DNA of 60,000 nucleotides from Laetmonice hystrix (GCA_965235115.1 OZ249436.1:55616001-55676000), one strand, 5' to 3'. Counted from the stretch's first letter, positions 37,001-47,861 are shown. Made by a program: numbers and translations. Notes: generated by a model not told the origin, from the sequence alone.

Positions 37001-38125
37001 AATTACCATGGGTATTACTGTACTTCTGGCCTTCAGCGTCTTCATGCTCACTATAGCTGAGGATTTACCGGAAACGTCGGAATTTATTCCACTGCTGAGT
37101 AAGTCTACACTTATAATGGTACTATAAAATAGTTAGTGAAAAAGTGTTAATTAGAGACGCGCTTGGACACTTATTAATAGGAATAAGCCTACCGTATGGT
37201 ACTTTATGGTCATGATTTTACCCAGCAGGTTGGTGATTCTATGGTGTCTGGCGTAAATGAATGTAAAGAAACAAGCATATCCCGAAATGTTATCCCTAAA
37301 ATCTAACATGGCCAAGAAGAGTATCCTTATACATTATAATTTTGTAAAAGTTTTTACTGGTTGAGATTTTGTAGGGTTGTTTCAGAGGTTCAACCAACTC
37401 TAGCAATCAAATTGGACCTTTTCTAATGTTTCTACCATTTTCTTTACTAGGCATTAAGCAACACTTGTCCGATTTATGCAGTTCCATTGACCATCCCTCT
37501 TGCAGGTATATATCTAACGATCGTCATGGCAATGACGTCAGTGTCTGTCATCATGACAGTGTTCGTGCTTAACCTACACCACCGGGGCCCAAACAACAAG
37601 CCAGTGCCAAACTGGTTACGAAAGCTGCTTCTGCGCAAGCGCGTGTCGCGAGGACTGTGTTTCTCCAAGCACGGTACGGACACGCGTTTCGTGGATCAGT
37701 TCCTCAGTGACGGCCACTCCAACTACATCAAGAACGTCTCCCTCAGACTAACTATAGAAAACCTCGCCCAGGAGCTCAAGGAAGAGTTTGATAATTGTAC
37801 GAGTGAGTTGGGGGCGACGGAATCACCCTCGGGCACAGCGGTCGGATTCGAGGGGCAGTATCACGAAGTTCCGCAGAGCGAACACAGCCTTCGCTCGGGA
37901 CTCTTTGGCAAGCACCAGTGTACGAAAACAAACGAAGAAATATTGAATGCTCTGAAAAAAATTATCGAACGCTACGAAAGGGACGACAATGAGGAGGAGG
38001 TGATGTATGAATGGCGCCAGGTGGCGCTAGCAGTCGATCGGGTGCTCTTCTGGGTGTTTTTGTTCGGAACTTTGGCATCTACTATTATTGTGCTTATTGT
38101 GGCACCCATAACCAAATGGCTTTAA
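1143..38125 (+). CDS. Nicotinic acetylcholine receptor alpha subunit, alpha9/alpha10-like (Cys-loop ligand-gated cation channel); 6 coding exons, 676 aa
   Basis: Manual splice assembly: 145+575+45+110+536+620=2031 nt, intron phases 1,0,0,2,1 all match, GT-AG throughout. Product has signal peptide, LBD (WLPDIVLYNN, Cys-loop CKVDVTYFPFDDQYC, GSWTY, YYACCPEP vicinal Cys = alpha type), M1-M4 and GEK before M2. Confidence 0.93.
2313..2413. repeat. Tandem duplication, 51-bp period
   Basis: cagggacg(c/t)cggaactggg..tgacctgtcccgcccgcaaatcttccaat at 2313 and 2364. Confidence 0.9.
2615..3037. mobile_element. Non-autonomous DNA transposon with TAG...CTA termini and 9-bp TSD (AcademH-type)
   Basis: TIR TAGCCTGGT...ACCAGGCTA flanked by the exact direct repeat AGAAGGAGG (2606-2614 and 3038-3046). 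Confidence 0.8.
3226..3292. repeat. 21-bp tandem repeat x3 (ttatccagagaagaNcatgaa)
   Basis: Seen directly; explains the LSREEHE repeats in ORF 3063..3401. Confidence 0.85.
3377..3906. mobile_element. Kolobok-type non-autonomous transposon, 530 bp, TTGA TSD
   Basis: TTGA|AGGGGCAT...ATGCCCCT|TTGA; homologous to 12881-13069. Confidence 0.8.
7951..8144. repeat. 19-bp minisatellite (gctgtgccatgagaggcat), ~10 copies
   Basis: Seen directly; source of the spurious ORFs at 7837-8216. Confidence 0.93.
10759..11178. mobile_element. hAT-like MITE (CAGT..GG(A)TCCAGG...CCTGGATCCCC..ACTG family) hosting a nested hairpin MITE
   Basis: Termini and the internal tcacaat(c/a)aaatc / gagcgtagcgagg / ttataaaaatcctggatcccc segments are shared with 48610-48756 and 57178-57478. 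Confidence 0.65.
10773..11027. mobile_element. Fold-back MITE (Harbinger-like, CAG TSD) with ~70-bp inverted arms
   Basis: 10789-10860 is the near-perfect reverse complement of 10946-11017; flanked by CAG at 10770-10772 and 11028-11030. Confidence 0.8.
11666..11783. repeat. Small repeat element with internal (TAACCC)n tract
   Basis: ccctgaccttaaccctaaccctaacc at 11721-11746; interstitial, not a telomere. Confidence 0.45.
12881..13069. mobile_element. Internally deleted copy (189 bp) of the 3377-3906 Kolobok-type element, TTAA TSD
   Basis: TTAA|AGGGGCATATTATGAGGAAACG...CATAGCATGCCCCT|TTAA; first ~140 bp and last ~25 bp match 3377-3906. Confidence 0.85.
14772..15346 (+). CDS. nAChR exon 2 (Ser/Thr-rich extension plus LBD start EQRLMNRLLRNYERSVRPVKNASDIVLVRMGLTLTQIFDM)
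   Basis: T-rich acceptor ttttttgtgtgtag|GA; open frame throughout (ORF 14735..15394); donor GATATG|GTACGT; C-terminal 40 aa are the canonical nAChR alpha1 helix and beta1 strand. Confidence 0.88.
17520..17602. repeat. (GA)n/(GAGACA)n microsatellite
   Basis: Seen directly. Confidence 0.95.
18885..19118. repeat. Compound (GA)n/(GACA)n microsatellite, ~230 bp
   Basis: Seen directly; source of the ER/SL-repeat ORFs. Confidence 0.97.
19631..20016. mobile_element. Kolobok-type element, right portion; homolog of 58146-58729
   Basis: Shared blocks cagaatcagctaaaaa, ggaattcccctgtt, aaaatggc..ggttcgaag, ggagtcagct.agc.ttctcacatt, gtctcacttcaatttatt; ends GTGGACCT|TTAA. Confidence 0.75.
20195..20372 (+). 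mobile_element. Degenerate CORE-type SINE fragment
   Basis: ttgtgtttccttgggtaggaaagtattaacccca resembles the CORE-domain motif TTGTGTCCTTGGGCAAGACACTTTACCC; A-rich tail. Confidence 0.4.
21389..21560 (+). mobile_element. G-rich hAT-like MITE family, copy 1
   Basis: Shares tgtgtgaaccttt.aagcagga...aaaaattacttcgtaacgggg...ggttgcaacccc with 22328-22558 and 27134-27299; ends ATCCGCCACTG. Confidence 0.75.
21598..21642 (+). CDS. nAChR exon 3 (DEKNQVLVTNVWLDQ)
   Basis: ctttcag|GAT...GATCAG|gtaggt; 45-nt exon typical of nAChR genes; contains the loop D Trp. Confidence 0.96.
21795..22296. mobile_element. Kolobok-type non-autonomous element, ~502 bp
   Basis: TTAA|AGTAAATCAGTC...GATTGATTACCT|TTAG; first ~85 bp match 57791-57871 in inverted orientation. 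Confidence 0.7.
22328..22558 (+). mobile_element. G-rich hAT-like MITE family, copy 2 (internal 30-bp duplication)
   Basis: Starts CAGGGGCGGATCCAGG; homologous to copies 1 and 3. Confidence 0.75.
23421..24004. mobile_element. Kolobok-type element, 584 bp, with long imperfect subterminal inverted repeats
   Basis: TTAA|AGATAAATCGGCGT...ACGCCGGTTTATCT|TTAA; 23460-23583 pairs imperfectly with 23763-23883. Confidence 0.8.
24644..25182. mobile_element. Kolobok-type element, 539 bp
   Basis: TTAA|AGGAAATATGTCAC...GTGACATATTACCT|TTAA. Confidence 0.82.
25276..25525. mobile_element. Harbinger-like MITE fragment rich in CCGA/TCGG motifs
   Basis: Begins GCCGGTGTCAAACGGCACGAT with reiterated acggcacga/tccga motifs; right end not found. 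Confidence 0.45.
27134..27299 (+). mobile_element. G-rich hAT-like MITE family, copy 3
   Basis: Homologous to 21389-21560 and 22328-22558; ends CTGGATCCGTTACTG. Confidence 0.72.
28325..28689. mobile_element. TTAA-type fold-back MITE with ~105-bp inverted arms
   Basis: CTAA|AGTGGCACC...GGTGCCACT|TTAA; 28325-28432 pairs with 28592-28689. Confidence 0.82.
28753..28862 (+). CDS. nAChR exon 4 (EWDDMFLTWAPEEYGGLRVLRLPCHKIWLPDIVLYN)
   Basis: ttttgtttcag|GAA...TATAACAA|gtaagt; 110-nt exon typical of nAChR genes; loop A motif WxPDIxLYN. Confidence 0.97.
30040..30643. repeat. 21/22-bp minisatellite (atcctgccgacacaccacccct), >25 copies
   Basis: Seen directly; ORFs 30027..30683 and 30121..30714 are repeat read-throughs. 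Confidence 0.95.
32410..32593. mobile_element. Harbinger-like MITE with CAG TSD
   Basis: CAG|GCCCTGTTTTTTAGTT...AACTAAAAACCGGGCC|CAG. Confidence 0.65.
32856..32996. repeat. 21-bp tandem repeat with palindromic core (ttgaagatatcttcaa), ~6 copies
   Basis: Units gatatct(t/a)caattcatttgaa seen directly. Confidence 0.93.
36563..37098 (+). CDS. nAChR exon 5 (Cys-loop, loops B and C, M1, M2, M2-M3 loop)
   Basis: cctttcag|CGCGGCC...CTGCTGA|gtaagt; ORF 36552..37127; motifs CKVDVTYFPFDDQYC, YYACCPEPFPD, LPPDSGEKITMGITVLLAFSVFML. Confidence 0.97.
37506..38125 (+). CDS. nAChR exon 6 (M3, intracellular loop, MA helix, M4, stop)
   Basis: ctcttgcag|GTATA; IYLTIVMAMTSVSVIMTVFVLNLHHRGP...EWRQVALAVDRVLFWVF...KWL-TAA (ORF 37487..38125). 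Confidence 0.97.
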
Positions 38126-38497
38126 AAGAGGCTTTGAGGTTATGTCCCGTGAAGTGTAGGCTATTATACGAATGTTGAACGAGATGATCTCCAAGTATCT
38201 GTAGACAGTGCATGCAATTTTAAATGCTGCTGTTGTCTGAAAGGGGAAAGGGGCGAGAACGCCATTAATTAGAGAGTCGGTACTAACTCTAAGAACAGGT
38301 TGTAATTATGGAGGCTTCCATCTGTAATTAGGAATGTATGGACCTAGGAAGAATGTGTAGGAATGACAGGGGGGAATCTGGGATGCTGCATAATAACAGA
38401 AGAGAAAGGATGGTGTTAAATGAAAGGGGGGTTTTCCAAGGGTATTTTCTGAAGTGAAAACATTGACTGAAACATGAATGTAGCCGTGTAAAAATGA

Positions 38498-38693
38498 CTG
38501 TAAACCTTGAAATTTACGCACCGTGCAAATATTGGACAAATGTTTCATTTGGACCTTTCTCCTCTGTCTATTTTTCGCGATTTTTTGACTTTTTCCTATT
38601 CCCATTGTTGCGTTCATGACTTTTTCCGCGAAATTTCAGTGTCACGCGAAACATTTGAAAGCCTTGCGCGCGCAAAGATTCCATGGTTTACAG
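38498..38693. mobile_element. MITE with CTGTAAACC...GGTTTACAG termini (Tc1/mariner-pogo-like), downstream of the stop codon
   Basis: Inverted termini at 38498 and 38693; TA on the right flank. Confidence 0.6.
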
Positions 38694-40294
38694 TACTTAT
38701 TGCTTACGCGTTGAATACTACAAGGTTATATCTCACAAGAATTTAAACATGGAGATTTATGCCGTGACAACGTTGCCCATCCTCTTGCAGTCTCTACCCT
38801 GATTCACAAATGTTTAATCACATCGATGAAGAATTCCTTTTCAAAGCCATCATACTTAGCGTAGAGGACGGACATTATCTCTAGGCCGTAGCAGGCAAGC
38901 ACCGTGTTAAATGACTGGAAGGGTTACTGTTTGATAATGTTGTTCACTTCATTCGGTCCAAATGTTGGGGTGCTCAGGATGTAAGTCGTGGTATTACGGA
39001 GAGAGAGATTGCATCGGGCGATAGCAAGTATGAGGGATTGGGTGCGGTTGCTGGTGCGGACAAGCTGGTGTGATCGACGCATTAGCAAGGCACCAGCCAC
39101 TTTCAGTAGTATGTGAGAGTATTGGGGGCAGGTTAATATATCATTTGCGTATTGGCCATCCTTAGTATATGAGGGTGCACAAATCAAGCCATGAGGACTG
39201 TTTTTTATCCCGCTTCCAAAATTGTTAGGCGCAAGGAGGGAGTAATATGTACATGTACATAAAATAAAAGTTGGATTCGATGGGGGACTGTCGGTTTGTG
39301 GGACACAGGGGGCGAATTTAGGAGTTGGGACCGAGGGGCAGGGGGCAACGGGAATAAAAATTGTACTTGCTGAATTACTATAGTATAGTGTATGATGGTC
39401 CTTTAACTCAGCACTACTCTTTTGGATGGATTTACATAAAATTATATAATTTCTCATTAAACGATTTTTGCTTCCTACAATACATACATCATACCATACA
39501 ATACATCACGCAATACTAAAGGTAGTTTTTATTCGTCTCTGCAGCCTTTTTTTTTTTACCTATATAGACAAATCACTTCATCTCAGCTAAATACGCGGTA
39601 GGATTTCAAGCAATATGTTTTGTTCATTGTACAGAACCCATGGCCTGATTGTGTCAGCCTCTGCATCCAGAGAAAAGTAAGATCCCTTCCTTGAAACTTT
39701 TCCGAATGGATCACTGTGGCACGAAAATCAAATTCAAAGCCCAGACCAGCTATAGGCCGAGCTAAAGTTGGCATCCCTAGAGTTTTGAAAATAAGGAAAG
39801 GTGAGAAGGGGACAGTATCATGGGAAATACAGAAGGGTGATGGCATCAGGGCCATGAACTGTAAATAGATTATTTCCAACGCTAAGGTTGGGGGCATGAC
39901 CCAATTCATATATGTGAATACGACTCTCCTGACGACGTAAAGTATACAGCCGTTGGAAATATAACCACCTATCAAGTATTTCAGATTTAACCCAAGGTTA
40001 AGTAAAATATATAGCCGTGTCAGATTAAATTTTCTAAAGTGTAATCAGTCAAAACTTTGTCCATCAATGTAACCCTTGAGTTTATGTTCTTTTTATTTTT
40101 ATTTTTTTTAATATTTTTTATATATATTTTTATTTTATTTATTTATTTATTTTAGGGTATAAAGAAGAAGAACAAGTATTGTATGAAAATAAAAGTTACT
40201 CTTAAAATAATATTGAACCCGACTCCTTTCGTTCTTATATGTAGGCCTAACATGGCCCCTGAAACCTCCTTCATAAGCTTATCACACATCTGGA

Positions 40295-41284
40295 AACCGC
40301 CCAAAACACTGTCATAACTTTATCATAGATATAAGGACCGCCCAAAACACTGCCATAACTTTATCACAGATGTAACATCCGCCCAAAACAATGCCATAAC
40401 TTTATCACAGATATAAGGACCGCCCCAAAACACTGCTATAACTTTATCACAGATATAAGGACCGCCCAAAACACTGCCATAACTTTATCACAGATATGAG
40501 ACCACCTAAAACACTGCCATAACTTTATCACAGATATAACGACCGCCCAAAACACTGCCATAACTTTATCACAGATATAACGACCACCTAAAACACTGCC
40601 ATAACTTTATCACAAACGACCACCTAAAACACTGCCATAACTTTATCATAGATATAACGACCGCCCAAAACACTGCCATAACTTTATCACAGATATAACG
40701 ACCGCCCAAAACACTGCCATAACTTTATCACAGATATAAGAACCGCCCAAAACACTGTCATAACTTTATCACAGATATAACGACCGCCCAAAACACTGTC
40801 ATAACTTTATCATAGATATAAGGACCGCCCAAAACACTGCCATAACTTTATCACAGATATAACGACCACCCAAAACCTTGACATAACTTTATCACAGATA
40901 TAACGACCGCCCAAAACACTGCCATAACTTTATCACAGATATAACGACCGCCCAAAACACTGTCATAACTTTATCACAGATATAACGACCACCTAAAACA
41001 CTGCCATAACTTTATCACAGATATAACGACCGCCCAAAACACTGCCATAACTTTATCACAGATATAACGACCACCTAAAACACTGTCATAACTTTATCAC
41101 AGATATAACGACGCCCAAAACACTGCCATAACTTTATCACAGATATAACGACCACCTAGAACACTGCCATAACTTTATCACAGATATAACGACCGCCCAA
41201 AACACTGCCATAATTTTATCACAGATATAAGGACCACCTAACACTGCCATAACTTTATCACAGATATAACGACCACCCAAAACC
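40295..41284. repeat. 41-bp minisatellite (aacgaccgcccaaaacactgccataactttatcacagatat), ~24 copies
   Basis: Head-to-tail near-identical units with no unique spacers. Confidence 0.97.
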
Positions 41285-41737
41285 CTCTTAGTCTGGCACG
41301 ATGGTCATGTCCCATCAGAGGTATAATCGTCCATATACCTGGATACAAAACTACGAACCATCCAGAAAGATGTCGATATGATCTGACAACAGGGACCTTT
41401 AGGCCTACTTTTACAGTATGAGAAAACGTCACCTCAACTGCCCTCGGAGCTTGACCTCGGAGAGTTGATCTGAGACCTCACCAAAGAGTCACGCTATCTG
41501 GAAATTATTATACACTGCCCCACATTTCCTTTAGCACGACAGACGCCGACAGGAATCTCCAACAGGACGTTGGCTGGGTTATAGTCAGATGCAAAACGGA
41601 TCTTTTGATCAAAAATGCCTCGTCGATCTCGATGCCACAGTTGCAGGAGACAGACTGCTTTCAGCCAAAGCTCGGGTAGGTGAACAGTTGGGTATGGGTC
41701 ACGACTTGGGACGTAGACGTGCTACATCACACATGTT

Positions 41738-42080
41738 CAGGCCCGTAGCCAGGATTTTGTTGCTGTTGGGGGGGGGGGTGCGTATTGGGGGCGTGCAGAA
41801 ATATATCTAAGGTAAACCTCAGCGAGCGCCGAAAGCGTCAGCCGTTCATGCGGGGAAAACATTTGGAAGGCAAAAAAAAAACGTTATTTCCCGGCATCTG
41901 GAGATCAATTTTCTGACGGAAATGAAAATCCTGCTGGGCCACTTTCGATGATACCATCGACGATCCCAGTCAGTTTGCAGGCGAGTTTTGACAAAGTTAT
42001 ATTACAATTTTCTAGGGTTTCACTGCTCTACCCCCCCCCCCCCCCCACACACACACACACACCAGCCAGCTACGACCTTG
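41738..42080. mobile_element. hAT-like MITE (CAGGCCCGTAGC...GCTACGACCTTG)
   Basis: Imperfect TIRs with subterminal G and C tracts. Confidence 0.55.
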
Positions 42081-45000
42081 GCTGTCAACATAATAGGAAC
42101 AGGACTGTGGGAGACACCCCCCACACAGACACACCTACACCCCGCTGCCTAGGCGCGAAGCCTAGCTAGGGGGTCCTGGGCACCCCCCACCCCCCCCCCA
42201 CCCAAAAAAAACCCTGAAATTTAACGTAGTCTATAATTTGGTGACATATGGGGCATTTTTGAGCATAAATAGCTGTTTGAAGTTAGGGAGAGCTTGGACT
42301 GTAGAGTGGGGATGTGCAGGCCTAGTCCAGTGAGTGCTTGCAACTCTTTGAAGTTAGGGAGAGCTTGGGCTGTATTTTTCTTTTGAAATGCACGGGCATC
42401 AGGGGTAACCAAATTACTTTGACAATGTCCCTAAAGAGAAAAGTTGTATAGTCCTCTACAGGAATCGAAACCAGGCCCTAAGATTACTGCACCCATTCGC
42501 ATAGCATAAGGTGTCTGTGTGGGTGGGGGGAGGGGGGTGTACGCACCCTGCGCACCCCCTGGCTACGGTTCGCTATGGTCAGTATTATAATTTCGTAAAC
42601 ATTAGAAAATACCAGGTCGACATAGGGTTGAGGTTCAAAATGACTTTAAAGCCAAATCCCTCAAAGGATTTTTTTCTCCTGGTTTAGCAATACTGATGGT
42701 GACGGGACTAATTACCGCCACCCTTTCCTCCACTGTTTTTTTTTTACCTGTTATTTCTCTTATCAGTATGGGTAAATTGTTTTCAACGCACCTTGCCACA
42801 TGCCTTGTGGCGGCCTTAGGCCCTATATATCGACGATGCTTAGTAACGCGGCAAGAAGTCGGGCGTCGACCGCGGCCGTGGCCATGACACGTCCTGTAAG
42901 CACCACGTGGACATGTCTGTCCTCCAACCGTCCTCGGTCTCCGGACCTCTCAACTGGTAATAGAATCTCTGCAGCCTCCATTTATTATTCACAGCCAATA
43001 GCAGGCGTGACGATCAATAAGGGCAAAGACACAGATACGCCCTTCACACATTGTATTAGAGCAGACAGCAGAGTATATTAGAGGAAATGATCTAAATCTC
43101 CGCTAAACGGGACGTGGAAATCAAACGTAATTCCCGGCGGATAAAAAAAAGAAGAGCCCTGGGAATTTAAAGTTTTAACAAATCAATATCAGCAGACGGG
43201 GCAATTTCCTTCCTCTGTTCAATATTAAGAATTATCATCTGAAATTGCCTACTACTCGTAAGAACTCTTCTGGGTAATATTGCCTGTTTCCAATACTGAT
43301 TAGAAATGCTTCAAAGTTCGTAGTCTTACTCTACAAAGTATAGGCTTTCTGGGCTACCAGATCATATATCGGTACTCTGGGGGACCCTCAGATCTGTCCA
43401 TTGCCATTTTTATCTGAAGGTCCTCATTTTGAATTAAATACACCCTGTGGTAACGTGGTAAGAATATTAAAATTTCAATGGGCATTCTGAATCTACATGG
43501 ATATCTTCGACCTACGCCTCCTGTCGGTAAAATGTTCAAAGGATCACCATGGTCTTTGATGACAAAAGGTGCATGTCCCTTGGGGCATCGTGTACAGATA
43601 GATCTATATTTAGATATAGATCTATGGTGTCCATACTTTGTGACCTGACCAGTGTAAGCCTTATTGGCCGAGACGTTACCCTGGGGTGCCGTTTCGATTC
43701 TATACAGTATAAGATTGAGCTTTCATTAGCTACTGCCCTGAGCGCAGGCAGGGTGTTAGAGTAGAATCTAAGGTAGGCCTATAGGGTCGTCATCTCCTGA
43801 TTCGGATACTCTGTCAAGGGATGTATCCACGCTATAAACCAGATCCCCCCCCCCCCCCAAAAAAAAAAAGAAAACCCTTCAGTCCGAGACACGGCTCATG
43901 TCAAGACAATCAGCTTCTCCAACCCTCTCCATGGTAACGTCTGGCTAAATCTGAGCTAGGGGAGTCATAAAGATCAGGATGAAGCTAACCATGCATTTGA
44001 AGGTGCCACCACCCTCGGTCTGCCTATATCTGACATCGCCCCTAGTTCTGCAGAGAAGGTACACGGGCAGCGAAATGAAACTTTAGGTGCGAAGCCAGAG
44101 GAATATGGCGCATCTCGAGCCGCTGATTGGCGGTGGGGCAGCTCCTGTGGTCGGTAGGACCGTCGAGGTAATTTGCCCGCGGCTGTTTTACGACACACTA
44201 AAGTTGCATGCATTTACAATCCTTGTCTTTGGAACGGTGGCAGTCATGAGTCTATATTATAATAAAATCGTGGGAACTGTGGCCCAACTGCCAGGTATAG
44301 AGACCGATGTAGGCCTAGATACTCGTTAAAAGGAAGGAAAATCAAGACCAAGATTCCACCCTTCTTTTTTAATAACATTTCTTTCCAAACACCGCCCTCC
44401 TCCTTTTCAGGCCAAATATCTTCTTTGGTGCCTCCCCTATGATTGAGTCTATAACCGTTTCATTGTTAAATTCATGAGAGACGGTGCAATAGGCCGGCTC
44501 ATCCGGGGCCCAACACAACCAGCTGGCCCAGCGAGGGTTGCAACCGGAAGTGAAGCGGCTGGTCCTCTCCCCCGTTATCTGGCCATTTTTAACGGCGGCC
44601 GCTGCTCCATCAAAGGGACCTGGATATCGGCGGAGACAAGCCACAGCCTCTCCTGATTGTACACAGCCTTACTCGCCCCAGGGAGCTGCAGGCCGCTGGA
44701 CGCCCTTATCAAATCGTGCACCCTATCATAGGCATCATGCCCTCTTCTATCCAAACGTGTGCCACCTGCCAAGAAACACATCTGATTTCTTTGATGAATG
44801 ATCTCCTGATACTTGTCTGGAATGCGGAAACAGTCCTGTATCCAAAACGAAGACAAATCTACGTAAAACCGAGTTTGCCCTTCAACGCAATTATGTTCCT
44901 CACGATAAGCATAACTGACTTTGCAGTGATTTTCCACTTAATTTCCCAGCCATATGAATGCAAACTCTTCTGTTGGCAGGTGATTCAGAAATATCCACCC

Positions 45001-45289
45001 ATCTTCCGGTTTTCATCTTTTTCTTTATTATTAATAGGTCTACAGATCTCGATCGACTGTAAATTGGACACAGATGGCTGTTTATGCCACGACGGTTTGT
45101 CTCCATTCACCACACTGGAACAGAATGGCCGAACACCTCTTGATTCAGGTGTCTATATCGGAGACGAGAATAACGCCTCGTTTTTTAGTCGGCAGAGAGA
45201 ACTGTCTCCACCCAGAAGATTCTCCCACAAGGTGGCGTGGTAGTATAGGCTTTGACGGGTTTGTCGCCCTCTGGTGAAATAGTCGCATA

Positions 45290-45413
45290 AGGCCCAGATA
45301 CACATACCGATTTATGGCCGATTTTGATATACGGCCGATTTTTCTCCATAGAAAAACTATAGATAAAAGTCGGCCGTATCTCAAAATCGGCCGTAAATCT
45401 GTATTTGGGCCTT
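45290..45413. mobile_element. Fold-back MITE (GGCCCA.ATAC...GTATTTGGGCC)
   Basis: gatttatggccgattttgatatacggccga pairs with tcggccgtatctcaaaatcggccgtaaatc. Confidence 0.75.
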
Positions 45414-46138
45414 TTATTATAAATATGTTGCCTTTATGATCTGCTAACGAAACCAATAACCAAATGTATGGGCGAAAGGAAAGGGGGCTAAGGTCCATTA
45501 TAGAACAACTTACAAAGGAGGTAGACCATTATTCCAGACCCTGGGGATGGCCCTCATGCATCTCAACAAGGGTATTAAAAAACTACTCGCTCATTTTAAC
45601 TTTTAAAAGTGTAATCCCTGGGCCATTTCGACGGTATTGCATGACTGTGCGTGGTCGACATGGCCTTTTACCCAGATAGTTTGCCTGAAGCGTAGCCGAG
45701 GCATACCGTTGATACCTCGTGCAGTAATGGCATAGTCACTTTTATTTTAAGTAGTTTAGCACACTGCTGTAACTCATGTCCGAAGATTTGGACACACCGG
45801 TCTCTAAGAGTGTATTATGCATTAATAGGGCCTACTGCAATTTTTAATGGCGTCAGCACGTGCTTATTGTCGGAGGGAGGGGGCAAATATCCTTGAACCC
45901 AAGAAATTGTTACTCATTTATTATGTAGTTTTATTGCCGCATGAACCAGCTGTTAATTTCTCAATTTTATATTCGTCGCTATTTTTTACAGGGGAAATAT
46001 TTTATATTTAGGGGAGATATGTTACATTTAGGGGTAAAAATCAATTTCCCATAATAGGGGCAGAGTTTTACATAATGGGGGACTAAAATTTTTACATATG
46101 AGCAGAAATGTTACACATTGCGAGAGTTTTACATAATA

Positions 46139-46310
46139 GGGGCAAATATGTTATATCTTGTTTACATATGGGGGTAGTGATACATGTTGCACAAAGCCAA
46201 ACGAATTAAAGGCCGGGTTTATGGGGCAAATATGTTATATCTTGTTTACATATGGGGGTAGTGATACATGTTGCACAAAGCCAAACGAATTAAAGGCCGG
46301 GTTTATGGGG
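46139..46310. repeat. Exact 84-bp tandem duplication
   Basis: ggggcaaatatgttatatc...ggccgggtttat at 46139 and 46223. Confidence 0.93.
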
Positions 46311-47106
46311 TAAATGACCCACTAGTTTGTAAGTTTAAAACACCTGAGTTGGCCCATCGCGTCGGGTCTGTGGCTGAGTGTAGATGTAAATCGATACATT
46401 TTTTGGCAAATACCTGGTACTTTGCACAGGATACTGCTAAATGGTTAGTCAGAACTGCCAACTACGGTCTGGCCCGGTTTTGCCATCCCTCCCCTATAGA
46501 TAAAGTTCAAAGTTTCAATAACATTATCCCCCTCCTGGGTGCTGCACAGTTTTTACACGGCCCTTGTTGGAGGCTGTAGCCTTAGGTCTATGGCGATCTT
46601 CTCCTGGTGAGAAACCCTGTGACTACCTGGAATTTGTGGCGCCATCTCCCGATAAACATTGACAACAAGCTGTGCGGATGACGTCATGACCACACCGCCA
46701 AGCAAACTGACAGATTCCTCACAGAGTATACATATTAGCAGGCCCCGTGTGTAGGCCCCAAGTTTCAGGTCTACGAAAGTAGGCCTACCCATGACGGTTC
46801 TTGAACTATGCCGATAGGCACATTCTACATAATAGTATGTACGCAGTTATTATGGTATCTCGTCCTAGCTATACCTTGACAGCCGCACTGAACAGGTACA
46901 AAAACACACTGAAGGTGAATTGGGGGACGATGCTCCTTGGCGGAATAAATATTCCAAAAACGTTTTTCTCCAGACCTGTAGCCTGATCTCAACGTAGGCG
47001 TAAGCTTGCACATGTCATAGCAAATGGTAGATGTGGTAATGGCCTATTTATAGCCATCTTTCTCTTGGCGAAAACAGGCCTCGGGGCCCCCTACCATCTG
47101 GGCTTA

Positions 47107-47861
47107 GGCCCGGCTCCCACGATCAAGAAATCTTGTCAAGTTTCTTGAGCAAGATCTTGTCGGGTACTTCACACGGCATCAAGAAATTTCTTGAAAACAT
47201 GCCGGCAAATATTGCCCAAGTTTCTTGGCAAGGAAACCTGGGCAATTTCTTGCCGAGTGACTCACACGATCAAGGGTATTTACTATTGACTCAATATTTG
47301 TGCATACAGGAGCAAGTTTTCATTCTTGCCGCAGACATGGTAGGGTCTGTAGAAATTTTCAAATTCAAAAAGGTCAAATCTGAAAGTTAATTAAGTGTTA
47401 ACACCAGGTGTTAAGAAAGTGTTTCATATACAAGAATTGTTTCGTAAATACAAGAATTCACCTCCTGCTGGGTGTTTCATTAACACCGTTTTAACACCTA
47501 CTTAATGCCAGAGTAACACCTGACTAACACCTAGGAAACATTCCGACCCAGTTTCACTGTCTCAAATTGGAGGAATAGGCCTGAGATCTCACCTCACCTC
47601 GTGTTTCCAGTGTACTCTGGGGTCCTTCAAGTCCAGCAATATATTGCTGAATTTAGAACACGGTTCTATTACGTCAATATTGCGCAATTTATTGTCGACT
47701 AACCTTCACACGGGATTCCCACGGCACAACAAGAATATTGGTCAATATTGCTCAATATTCGTTGTCAATATTGAGCAAGAACCTTGACGGGCATATCACA
47801 CACAACAAGTTCCTTGAGTCAAGAAAACTTGACAAGATTTCTTGATCGTGGGAGCCGGGCC
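47107..47861. mobile_element. Non-autonomous DNA transposon, 755 bp, 37-bp perfect TIR, TA|GGCC...GGCC|TA
   Basis: GGCCCGGCTCCCACGATCAAGAAATCTTGTCAAGTTT at the left end and its exact reverse complement at the right; TA on both flanks. Confidence 0.88.

Noticed and set aside
38924..39975. 177-aa and 130-aa minus-strand ORFs convergent with the receptor 3' end
   Set aside because: No recognisable motif or splice context; probably 3' UTR or intergenic. A BLAST search would settle it.
40295..41284. CRISPR-like array
   Set aside because: Units are contiguous with no unique spacers, there are no cas genes, and the context is eukaryotic; it is a minisatellite.
42445..42500. tRNA gene on the minus strand (B-box-like GTTTCGATTCC)
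   Set aside because: No cloverleaf or A-box; at most a decayed SINE head.
44369..45498. Cluster of 90-175-aa ORFs on both strands
   Set aside because: No family motif recognised and frames are mutually overlapping; cannot support a gene call.
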